Shown: positions 32,641 to 40,353 of the stretch, in pieces
How the letters are laid out: each line of letters starts with the position of its first letter
Position numbering within the stretch: position 1 is the stretch's first letter
Source: a virus
Lineage: Duplodnaviria; Caudoviricetes
Length of the DNA stretch: 41,246 nt
IMG/VR virus record: IMGVR_UViG_3300016672_000074
Span: 1-41,246 of that record
Strand: one strand, 5' to 3'
Position numbers and translations under genes: made by a program
The notes under the pieces: model-generated
What the model saw: the letters and a program-made list of their open reading frames with translations, nothing else
The model's database searches: none
What the model was told of the DNA's origin: nothing

Positions 32641-32695
32641 GTCGGCGGTTCGCTCGACCCGCCATCCACCAACCGGCGACAAACAGGAGATCGCC

Positions 32696-32893
32696 ATGTC
32701 ACTTGACGCACAATACGCCGCGCAGATCGCGCTCGAAGCGACCCTCATCATGGTCGCGGCCACCAAGGCCACCAACCTCCACAAAACCGCTGCCCACTAC
32801 TGCCGCGAAGCGCAGGGCCTACGCCGCCAGATCGAGGGGCGCGCGTGGAGGACTGGTGTGAGAAGGCGCAGCCTCACCAGCTTGGCATCGTGA
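32696..32893 (+). CDS. Hypothetical early protein (65 aa)
   Basis: RBS CAGGAGA before ATG 32696. Confidence 0.55.
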   Translation: MSLDAQYAAQIALEATLIMVAATKATNLHKTAAHYCREAQGLRRQIEGRAWRTGVRRRSLTSLAS

Positions 32894-33043
32894 TCCACGC
32901 CGCCGCGCAGCGGTTGCAGGTTATTTCACAGGAGCAGGAGAGCCGCATGAAGTAGAGCCATCACGAGGGCCGGTCTGTCCCCCGGCCTTCCTATGGCTTT
33001 ACCGCCAACCGGGCTTTGCCCGTCATCCCACAGGAGAAGACAA

Positions 33044-33505
33044 ATGAACAACCTTGAGCAAGTCCAGCAGTTCGCAGTCGGCGCAGTCACCATCGCCGCC
33101 ACCCGCAACGAGGCTATCCGCGCAGAAGTGCTGAAGGTCGGCGATGCCGTGCGCGTCCTCGTCAAGCCCAGCTACGGCGACATGAAGGTTCACACCGGGG
33201 TCATCGTCGGCTTCGAGCCGTTCGCGGCCAAGCCGACCATCATCGTTGCCTACATCGAGGCGGAATACAGCAAGGCCGAAATGAAGATGCTCTACTTTGG
33301 CGGCGACGACACCAAGAACGCCGAAATCCTTGCGGCCCCCGAGGGCTTCGAGATCGAGGTGGAGCGGCGGCGCGTGCTCGACTGGTTCGACAGCGAGCAG
33401 CGCAAGGCCGAGGCGCAGATCGACGAGATCAAGGCCAAGCGCGCTTACTTTATCCGCTACTTCGGCAGCGTGATGTCGGAAGTCCCCGCGCAGATCGAAG
33501 CCTGA
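33044..33505 (+). CDS. Hypothetical early protein (SH3-like beta region plus coiled coil)
   Basis: RBS CAGGAGA; LKVGDAVRVL motif. Confidence 0.7.
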   Translation: MNNLEQVQQFAVGAVTIAATRNEAIRAEVLKVGDAVRVLVKPSYGDMKVHTGVIVGFEPFAAKPTIIVAYIEAEYSKAEMKMLYFGGDDTKNAEILAAPEGFEIEVERRRVLDWFDSEQRKAEAQIDEIKAKRAYFIRYFGSVMSEVPAQIEA

Positions 33506-33537
33506 CCGCCCCAACCCCTCCCTCAAGGAACATTCCC

Positions 33538-34668
33538 ATGACTGCCATGACCAACACCACCACCCTGACCGCCGCCTCGCGTCAGTGGGCCGTGCGCCCC
33601 GATGACCAGCGGTTCACCTCGCTCGACGCCATGCTCGACAAGATGCTGGCCGATCGCGCCAATAGCCGCGCGCTCGCGATCAGCAGCCGCCAGATCGAGG
33701 CCCGCCCGGTCGAGGACGACAGGGGCCGCATGACCGGCCTCGCGATCATGGGGCCGGATGGCGCTGCCGCGCTGCCGACCAATTGGGCGTTCGGCCAGAT
33801 CGCCGCTCGCGCCGAAGCCCCGGCTGGCTACCTGCGCAAGCTGCCGAGCGATGTCGCCTCGGACTGCCTCAACTACGGCTTCAAGAAGCGCGGGATCGAG
33901 GACGTGGGCGTGCTGCTCCGCAAGGGCGAGGTCGCGCCGGAAATGTCCTGCATGACCGGCCCCAACTACGGGCGCGTTTGGAACGCTGACGTGGTGGCCG
34001 CGCTGATCGAACGCTTCGGTGACGGCATCAACGGAGAGTTCCGCGTCCCCGGCGAGTTTGGGCGCGAGGTGGACGTGACCAAGCGCAACACCACCCTGTT
34101 CGCCAGCGACCGCGATATGTTCGTCTTCCTCGCCGACGAAACCAACCGCCTGTCGATCCCCAACCGCCGCAACGGCGAGCCGGGTTCGCTGGCGCGCGGG
34201 TTCTTCGTGTGGAACAGCGAGGTCGGCTCTACCACCCTCGGTATCGCCACCTTCCTGTTCGACTACGTGTGCTCGAACCGGATCGTGTGGGGCGCTCAAG
34301 GGGTGCAGGAAATCCGCATCCGCCACACCGTCTCCGCCCCGGATCGCTTCATTGAGGAAGTGACCCCGGCCATTGAAGCCTACCGCGAGAGCAGCGCCTT
34401 CGGGATCGAAGAGCAGCTTCGCATGGCGCAGGCCAAGCGGATCGGTGATGCTGAAGAGGTCGAGCACTTCCTGACTAAGAAGCACCGCTTCACCAAGTCG
34501 CAGGCAACCGCGATCAATCTGGCCCACCTCAACGAAGAGGGACGCCCCATCGAAACCCTGTGGGATGCCGCCACCGGCATCACCGCCTACGCCAAGGGCA
34601 TCAAGTATCAGGATGCCCGCGTGGACATCGAGCGCGCCGCTGGTCGCGTTCTGTCGATGGCCGCTTGA
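33538..34668 (+). CDS. DUF932-family phage/plasmid protein
   Basis: QWAVRPDDQRF.SL, WAFGQ, GFFVWNSEVG, VCSNRIVWG...IRIRH, TLWDAATGITAYA. Confidence 0.8.
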   Translation: MTAMTNTTTLTAASRQWAVRPDDQRFTSLDAMLDKMLADRANSRALAISSRQIEARPVEDDRGRMTGLAIMGPDGAAALPTNWAFGQIAARAEAPAGYLRKLPSDVASDCLNYGFKKRGIEDVGVLLRKGEVAPEMSCMTGPNYGRVWNADVVAALIERFGDGINGEFRVPGEFGREVDVTKRNTTLFASDRDMFVFLADETNRLSIPNRRNGEPGSLARGFFVWNSEVGSTTLGIATFLFDYVCSNRIVWGAQGVQEIRIRHTVSAPDRFIEEVTPAIEAYRESSAFGIEEQLRMAQAKRIGDAEEVEHFLTKKHRFTKSQATAINLAHLNEEGRPIETLWDAATGITAYAKGIKYQDARVDIERAAGRVLSMAA

Positions 34669-34741
34669 CCAGTTCTGACCAGACCCCCGCGTTTCGGCGC
34701 GGGGGCGAGGATGAGCACTGGTGCTCAACGTGGAGAAGACG

Positions 34742-35020
34742 ATGGACAACCCGAACAAGACAGAGGCGATCTTCGAGGCGCGCAAGCGGTTCCTGATCGC
34801 GCACGAGCGCGAGCGCGAGGCCATGAAGGCGGCTGACGAGATCAGGCTCGACATACGGCTCGCCGAGCGCGAGGGCCAGCCGACCGAGGCGCTGAAGGAG
34901 CGGAAGGCCGAGCACAACAGCAAGGTCTGGCACCCCGCCTACTGCGAGTGGCGCGATGCCGCCAAGGCGCTGTGTGAAGCCCTCGACATCGAGCCGCAGG
35001 CTCTGAAGAGCGCGCTGTGA
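34742..35020 (+). CDS. Hypothetical helical protein
   Basis: RBS GGAG before MDNPNKTE. Confidence 0.6.
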   Translation: MDNPNKTEAIFEARKRFLIAHEREREAMKAADEIRLDIRLAEREGQPTEALKERKAEHNSKVWHPAYCEWRDAAKALCEALDIEPQALKSAL

Positions 35021-35331
35021 TCTGGTCGCTCGAACTGGTCAAGGCTGGCGCGCGCATGAGCCGCGAGGGCAGCGCCCTCGAACAGAGGCTTGCCGGGATC
35101 GACTACGGCAGGGAAGCGATGACCGAGGCGCGCGAGCGTGCCAGACGGATCGCCGACAAGCTCTGGCCTCTCGGCCCCAAGGCGCACGGCTTCTATCAGC
35201 CCGCCGACTTCATGGAGCGCGCATACCGGCGCGGCCAGAACAGGCGCGTCTTTAAGCGGGCGTTCGAGCGGCTGCTCGGCGTCATCATCAAGCGCGACCG
35301 GCTGCTCGAAGAGGAATACCGCGATGACTGA
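35017..35331 (+). CDS. Hypothetical protein
   Basis: GTGA-coupled, 104 aa. Confidence 0.55.
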   Translation: MIWSLELVKAGARMSREGSALEQRLAGIDYGREAMTEARERARRIADKLWPLGPKAHGFYQPADFMERAYRRGQNRRVFKRAFERLLGVIIKRDRLLEEEYRDD

Positions 35332-35542
35332 AGAAATGAAGGCTAGGGACGCGACCCGCTACGTGGTTCTGTCGCTTGAAGACATGAATGTTGTTAGCGG
35401 GCCGTTCGGGAGCGAGGGTGCTGCTCGCGCAGACGCCGAGGCGTATGCGCGCCGTAGCCCCGGCATCGAGTTTGGCATCTACCAGAGGGTGCTCACGTCC
35501 GTTGCCACGCTGACCGTCGAGACGAAGGGGATCGTGGGATGA
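35324..35542 (+). CDS. Hypothetical protein (72 aa)
   Basis: MTEEMKARDATRY...; overlaps both neighbours. Confidence 0.55.
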   Translation: MTEEMKARDATRYVVLSLEDMNVVSGPFGSEGAARADAEAYARRSPGIEFGIYQRVLTSVATLTVETKGIVG

Positions 35543-35694
35543 TCCAGCTTTTCGACGAACTCACCATCCGTGACCTGTTCGCCATGATGGCGATGCAGGG
35601 CTTCGTTCAGAGTGGCATCAACGCCAGCCCCGAACAGATTGCTAAGGCGTCCTACAAGTTTGCCGACGCCATGTGGAAGGAAAGCCGCCCGTGA
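35539..35694 (+). CDS. Small conserved phage protein of the xRDxFAxxAMQG...AYxxADAM type (51 aa); absent from the ORF track
   Basis: MIQLFDELTIRDLFAMMAMQG...IAKASYKFADAMW; coupled at both ends. Confidence 0.7.
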   Translation: MIQLFDELTIRDLFAMMAMQGFVQSGINASPEQIAKASYKFADAMWKESRP

Positions 35695-35957
35695 GCGACA
35701 GCCGCAAGAGCATCCACCAGTTGAAGGTGGAGCACGACGAAGATCGGTCGATGTATGGCCGGTCGTTCATGCACAACACCAGCGGCGAGGACTATCAGCT
35801 TCTCTTTTGCGCCTTCGACGAGGCGACCAACGAGAAGCAGGCGGTCTATGTCCTGTCGGCGATGCCGTGGATGAAGTTCACCCGGCCCTTCGCCGAGTTC
35901 AAGGAACGCTTCACCGAGGGCCGCTCGGAAGACTTCAAGAGGAAGGAACAGGAATGA
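35691..35957 (+). CDS. DUF1653-like small protein
   Basis: H..SG..Y.LL..A.DEAT.E..AVY......KFTRPFAEFKERF. Confidence 0.55.
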   Translation: MSDSRKSIHQLKVEHDEDRSMYGRSFMHNTSGEDYQLLFCAFDEATNEKQAVYVLSAMPWMKFTRPFAEFKERFTEGRSEDFKRKEQE

Positions 35958-37351
35958 ACCAGCGCACCCCCGAAGGCGACAAGCACGGCTATGTCGGCCA
36001 GATCATCGACCCGGACTGGATGCCGGAAGAGCAGATCGCCATGCCGGTCATGCCGCCCGAGCACCCAGCCTACCTGCCCTTCCCCGAACCGGGCATCTAC
36101 TTCGGGATGCCCGAGGAAGACTACCACCGCGTTAACGCCTGCTCGACCAGCGAGTTGAAGCGCATGGGCGTGTCCAGCATGGAGGCGTGGGCCTACAGCC
36201 GCCGCAACCCCGACTACGAGGACAACGGCACCCGCTATCTCGATCACGGGAAGGCGGTGCATTGCCTCGTGCTCGAAGGCCGTGACGCCTACCAGAGCCG
36301 CTATGCGGTGGAACTGGATGCCTCGGACTTCGAGGGCGTGCTGATCTCGACCGACGAGATCAAGGCCGCGATCTCGCGCTTCACTCGGCGCGGGCCGGTG
36401 TCACCGACCGGCACCACGAAGCAGGAACTGCTCGACCAGCTTGTTGCCCTCGGCGAGCGTCACGGGCGCGAGGTCAATCGGGAGGGCACCGTGCCTGACC
36501 TGAAGGCCCGCATCCGCGAGTTCGAGGAAGAGCAGCCGGTCACGCCGGTCACGCGCATCGCGGTCGAGGAAGACGGCGTGGTGTCCACCCGGCCTGCCTC
36601 CAAGGCTGACCTGATCGACCAACTTCTGTCGCTCGATCCCGAGGCGCGTGTATGGGATCGCATCATCAGCGCCCACCTGTCCGAGCACGAAGGCAAGACG
36701 ATGATCTCGCCCAAGGATGACCGGCGCGTGCAGGTTGCAGCGGCGATGATCGCCAAGCACCCGGATGCTGGCAAGCTGCTGACGGGCGGCTACGCCGAGG
36801 TGTCGCTGTTCTGGTATTGCCCGCGCACTGGTGCGCCGATGAAGGCGCGCGTGGACTACCTGAAGCTCTCGGCGATCATCGACCTCAAGACGCTCTCGAA
36901 CAAGACCGGCAAGCCGATTGACCGGGCCATCGAGCACGCCATCGCCAGCTACCGCTACAACCTTCAGCACTGCATCTACGACGAGGGCGTGCGCGAGGTG
37001 CGAAAGCTGCTGCGAGCGAAGGGGCCGGATTGTGTGCATCAGCCGGTTCACGCCTACGACAAGAGCGTTCTGGCGTGGTGCGAACAGTGGGCGATGCAGG
37101 ACGATCCCCCGGCCTTCATCTTCATTTTTCAGCAGTCGGGCATGGCACCTGTCACGCGGGTCAAGGTGATGCCCCGGCAGATGGTGTTCTCGGTCACGAA
37201 CGCGCAGGCCGAGAAGCTGAAGCGCGCGTGGGTCGAGTGTGTGCAGACTTGGGGTAACGATCCGTGGGTTGATATGCAGTCCATGACTGAAATTGACGAC
37301 ACCATGATCCCCGGATGGGCCACCGAGCTTGGCGACGACTTTCAGAATTAA
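35954..37351 (+). CDS. RecE/exonuclease VIII-like PD-(D/E)XK nuclease with internal helical insertion
   Basis: PGIYFGMPEEDYH, STSELK, GKAVHCLVLEG, AEVSLFW, KARVDYL, IIDLKT, YRYNLQ..IY. Confidence 0.85.
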   Translation: MNQRTPEGDKHGYVGQIIDPDWMPEEQIAMPVMPPEHPAYLPFPEPGIYFGMPEEDYHRVNACSTSELKRMGVSSMEAWAYSRRNPDYEDNGTRYLDHGKAVHCLVLEGRDAYQSRYAVELDASDFEGVLISTDEIKAAISRFTRRGPVSPTGTTKQELLDQLVALGERHGREVNREGTVPDLKARIREFEEEQPVTPVTRIAVEEDGVVSTRPASKADLIDQLLSLDPEARVWDRIISAHLSEHEGKTMISPKDDRRVQVAAAMIAKHPDAGKLLTGGYAEVSLFWYCPRTGAPMKARVDYLKLSAIIDLKTLSNKTGKPIDRAIEHAIASYRYNLQHCIYDEGVREVRKLLRAKGPDCVHQPVHAYDKSVLAWCEQWAMQDDPPAFIFIFQQSGMAPVTRVKVMPRQMVFSVTNAQAEKLKRAWVECVQTWGNDPWVDMQSMTEIDDTMIPGWATELGDDFQN

Positions 37352-37423
37352 CGGCTAGACAGGCGGATTGCATTTCAGCACTACGCCAATGTCAAAAAGT
37401 CAGAAAATTGAGGGCAAGCTAAA

Positions 37424-37960
37424 ATGGATCAAGCCACACTGAAAAAGCTCTTAGATTACGATCAGGCAACGGGAAAGTTGTTCTGGCGTGAGCGCAGTAA
37501 ATCGGGGCGCAGAGGGAGTGCATCGTGGAACGCGCGGTATGCTGGCCGCGAGGCATTCACGTCCAAGAACCGCAAGGGCTATTGCATCACAACCCTGATG
37601 GGGCGTTCTGTCATGGCTCACCGGATTATCTGGATAATGATGACGGGGAGGGAGCCGAACGGTCAAATCGACCAGATCAACGGAAATCCGGCAGACAATC
37701 GCTGGAGCAATCTTCGCGAAGTAAGCCCCGCTGGCAATTCACGCAACAGGGCGCAGAGGCGCGACCTTCCTCTTGGGGTTTACCCTCGCCGGGATGGTGT
37801 CGATGGCTTTGTCGCCACGATAGGATACCGGCTCAAGGGGAAAAAGGTAAATCATCACCTTGGTAGCTTTGCGACCTTGGAGCAGGCAGTTGCTGCCCGA
37901 AAGGCGGCGGAAGACCGTTTCGGATTTCACCCCAACCACGGAAGGGTTGCTCATGCCTAA
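37424..37960 (+). CDS. HNH homing endonuclease with C-terminal AP2-like domain; catalytic His replaced by Gln
   Basis: LDYDQATGKLFWR, AHRIIW, IDQINGNPADNRWSNLR, HLGSF.....A.AARKAAE..FGFHPNHG. Confidence 0.85.
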   Translation: MDQATLKKLLDYDQATGKLFWRERSKSGRRGSASWNARYAGREAFTSKNRKGYCITTLMGRSVMAHRIIWIMMTGREPNGQIDQINGNPADNRWSNLREVSPAGNSRNRAQRRDLPLGVYPRRDGVDGFVATIGYRLKGKKVNHHLGSFATLEQAVAARKAAEDRFGFHPNHGRVAHA

Positions 37961-38147
37961 GCCCGCCCGTGACCTTCCTGTCGGGGTGTATCACCGCCCC
38001 GACATGGGCGACAAATACACTGCCAGCATCTGCCGGTGGACGCCGACCGGCAAGATGCAGAAGCACCTTGGCACTTTTGGCACGGTTGAAGACGCATTGG
38101 CCGCGCGCAAGCGGGCTGAACAAGAACGAGAGGAACACCATGACTGA
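37953..38147 (+). CDS. Stand-alone AP2-like DNA-binding domain protein
   Basis: RDLPVGVY...KYTASI...KHLGTFGTVEDALAARKRAE, similar to the C-terminus of the upstream HNH protein. Confidence 0.7.
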   Translation: MPKPARDLPVGVYHRPDMGDKYTASICRWTPTGKMQKHLGTFGTVEDALAARKRAEQEREEHHD

Positions 38148-38901
38148 CCAGAGCACCGAGATCGCTGTCGCGGAAACCCCGCGCAACGAGACGAGCCAGA
38201 TGCTGATGGACGTGATCCGCCTGTCCATGTCGCCTGACGTGGACGGCGCGAAGACCACGGCCCTCGCCGAGCTTGCGATGAAGATGCAGGATCGCGAGGC
38301 CGAACGCCGCTACCGCATGGCGAAGCACAAGGCCATCATGGAAATGCCTTCGATCTCGAAGGCTGGCGCAGTCATCAATCACAAGACCGGAGCCGTGCAG
38401 TCGCGCTACTCGAAATTCGAGGACATTGACCGGATTGTGCGCCCGATCCTTGCTCGCCACCACCTCGTCATCGGGTTCAATGTCGGGCATCAAGGCCAGA
38501 TGGTCACGGTGCAGCCGATCCTGTCCTACTCGGACGGGGAAATGACCTTCACCGAATACGGAGGTGAAATGGTGCTGGCGGTCGATACCACCGGGGCGAA
38601 GAACGCCACGCAGGGCGCAGGCTCTGCGGCCAGCTACGGCAAGCGCCACTCGATGAAGGCGATGCTCAACATCATCGAAGAAGGCGAGGACGATGACGGC
38701 GGGGCGACGATCAAGCTCGATCCCGAAACCACCGGCCTGATCGACGCTGGCCGCGAAGCGGCGCGCAAAGGCAGCGCGGCCTACGCCGAGTTCTTCGGGG
38801 CGCTTAACGCACAGCAGAAAGGCTTTCTCGTGGGGGTCGCTGGCCCGAGCGGAAAAACCTATCACGAGGCCAACAAGGAAGCAGCAAAGGCGTTCGACTG
38901 A
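38140..38901 (+). CDS. erf: ERF-family single-strand annealing protein
   Basis: YSKFEDIDRIVRPILARH, KNATQGAGSAASYGKRH, EDDDG; RBS GAGAGGA. Confidence 0.85.
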   Translation: MTDQSTEIAVAETPRNETSQMLMDVIRLSMSPDVDGAKTTALAELAMKMQDREAERRYRMAKHKAIMEMPSISKAGAVINHKTGAVQSRYSKFEDIDRIVRPILARHHLVIGFNVGHQGQMVTVQPILSYSDGEMTFTEYGGEMVLAVDTTGAKNATQGAGSAASYGKRHSMKAMLNIIEEGEDDDGGATIKLDPETTGLIDAGREAARKGSAAYAEFFGALNAQQKGFLVGVAGPSGKTYHEANKEAAKAFD

Positions 38902-39080
38902 TGTTCATTGCATCCGAGCAGCAGGCGAACGAGATCGCCGCCCTTCACCCCGGCAGCAAGGTGTTCTGGTATGAACAGCGCCCCTTGCGCCTCACCCTTT
39001 TCATGGTCGTGCTGCCGAACGGCACGCGGCTTATGCAAGACCCGCGCGCGGCGGAACCGCGCAACCAGAACGGAGAATGA
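38901..39080 (+). CDS. Hypothetical protein (59 aa)
   Basis: TGATG coupling to erf; MFIASEQQANEIAALHP... Confidence 0.5.
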   Translation: MFIASEQQANEIAALHPGSKVFWYEQRPLRLTLFMVVLPNGTRLMQDPRAAEPRNQNGE

Positions 39081-39084
39081 AGGC

Positions 39085-39291
39085 ATGGCGACATACCTTA
39101 TTGTGCAGGCCGATGCGCCTGAAGGAACCCTTCCGAGCATGGTCGAGGCTCGCACCAAGCAGCAGGCGATCAACCACGTTTCCGCCAACAAGTTTGGCGC
39201 GCAGGTTCTTTCCACTCGCGAAGCTCTTTCTTGGGCCAAGCAGGGTGTTGAGCTTGAGATCGCTGGCGAAGGGGCGGGCGAGGAAGGTTGA
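39085..39291 (+). CDS. Small phage protein (68 aa)
   Basis: MATYLIV...MVEARTKQQAINHV...GVELEIA. Confidence 0.65.
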   Translation: MATYLIVQADAPEGTLPSMVEARTKQQAINHVSANKFGAQVLSTREALSWAKQGVELEIAGEGAGEEG

Positions 39292-39316
39292 TGCGCCAAC
39301 CGCTTTAGCCTAAGGG

Positions 39317-39380
39317 TTTGGGGGCAGCGGTGCGGAAACACCCTGCCCCCGACCAACAGCTATTAGGAGTAGCGTCGATG
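39317..39380 (+). promoter_or_regulatory. Structured RNA leader, copy 2, in front of the HNH remnant
   Basis: Close match to 29669-29733; preceded by TTGATG-N17-TAAGGG. Confidence 0.6.
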
Positions 39381-39485
39381 CCTCGCTCTGTAAGGCCCAT
39401 CCGCATTGAAGGCAATATCGCCTATGTCCCGCTGACGAAGGGATACGAGGCCGTGATTGATGTCGCCGACATCGGGCTTGTCGAG
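39378..39485 (+). pseudogene. N-terminal remnant of an HNH-AP2 homing endonuclease, truncated by the IS
   Basis: IRIEGNIAYVPLTKGYEAVIDVADIGLV is a typical N-terminus of this family; the IS terminal repeat starts at 39486. Confidence 0.7.
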
Positions 39486-39569
39486 GGCTATTATCCCCTA
39501 GGAGCACGTAATGAACAGATGTAGGGTCAAGGACTCCCAAACCTACGGGCGCGGTGCTATCCCAAGTTC

Positions 39570-40187
39570 ATGGGGAAAATCGCAGAAACCTACGACAAGT
39601 TATCCGGGCGCATCGCCAACTCGTACCAGTTGTGGGCGCTACTGCCGACCAGTCTGGTGGCCGCTTTAATGGCTTGGCTGTCGACAACGGTTCAATGGAT
39701 CAACCAGTTTGGCCCGTTTGGGTGGGCCTCGGTTGGCCTGATAAGCTTCGTCTTGCTTAGCATCGGGCTGGCCTCTCTCGGAACTTGGAGAGAGGCGCTA
39801 GCGAACGCCCGTGCTGCGAGAGAATGGAACCTGCGCACCGATTCCATAAACCCTTTAAGAGACAATTTTGACCGCGAGCGAATAAGAGTTGGGGATCTAA
39901 CCCATCCGGTCAAGCGAAGCATTGCGAAGAAAACATTCTCAAACTGCCAACTGGTAGGCCCCGCAAATGTTACATTTATGCGGTGCAACCTTAACGGAGT
40001 GAGTTTTAGCGATTGCGATATAGTCGTCGCAAAAGATGGGGCTTTCGTGCGAAACGTGATCGCCTTTGAAGATTGCGCAATGATCGGTGGGGAAATTATC
40101 AACGCAACGCTTTTCGTACCGCAAGCATTGTTCGATCATATGCGGGCGTCAGTGCCATCCATCGAGGCAGTAACTAGGCATGACTAA
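39570..40187 (+). CDS. IS passenger: membrane protein with two N-terminal TM segments and a beta-helix/pentapeptide-like C-terminus
   Basis: Hydrophobic stretches, then KTFSNCQLVGPANVTF..C......FSDCD...FEDC. Confidence 0.7.
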   Translation: MGKIAETYDKLSGRIANSYQLWALLPTSLVAALMAWLSTTVQWINQFGPFGWASVGLISFVLLSIGLASLGTWREALANARAAREWNLRTDSINPLRDNFDRERIRVGDLTHPVKRSIAKKTFSNCQLVGPANVTFMRCNLNGVSFSDCDIVVAKDGAFVRNVIAFEDCAMIGGEIINATLFVPQALFDHMRASVPSIEAVTRHD

Positions 40188-40353
40188 AAACGCAGAACAC
40201 AAGTTCGACCGCCTGCTAGGCGCAATGGCTCACGGCCAAGCGCCTAGCGCGGGAAAGAAACCAGCAACTCAGTCAACATCGTCGCAGGACGGTCACGACG
40301 GTTGTGACGGAACTCAAACTCCCCCAGATACTTCGGAAGATGCTTCTGGCTGA
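40180..40353 (+). CDS. Small IS-internal ORF (57 aa) overlapping the transposase 3' end in antisense
   Basis: MTKNAEHKFDRLLGAMA...; ATG overlaps the passenger gene end. Confidence 0.45.
   Translation: MTKNAEHKFDRLLGAMAHGQAPSAGKKPATQSTSSQDGHDGCDGTQTPPDTSEDASG

Larger units (their letters stand above)
1654..39485. mobile_element. Partial podovirus-like phage/prophage genome with BPP-1/epsilon15-type virion module and lambdoid-type replication and recombination genes
   Basis: Colinear terS-terL-portal-scaffold-capsid-cement-tail tube-internal protein genes with tight ATGA/TGATG coupling and a divergent early arm. No integrase, lysis or tail fibre genes in the window. Confidence 0.93.

Noticed and set aside
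34669-34721. Hammerhead ribozyme
   Set aside because: CTGACCA does not match the CUGAnGA core, and there is no correctly placed GAAA on that strand.
33023-34923. Minus-strand ORFs of 167 and 466 aa
   Set aside because: Shadows of the plus-strand early genes, which have RBSs and family motifs.
1654-39485. Diversity-generating retroelement, as in BPP-1
   Set aside because: No reverse transcriptase motif or TR/VR repeat pair seen; the tail fibre region is outside the window.
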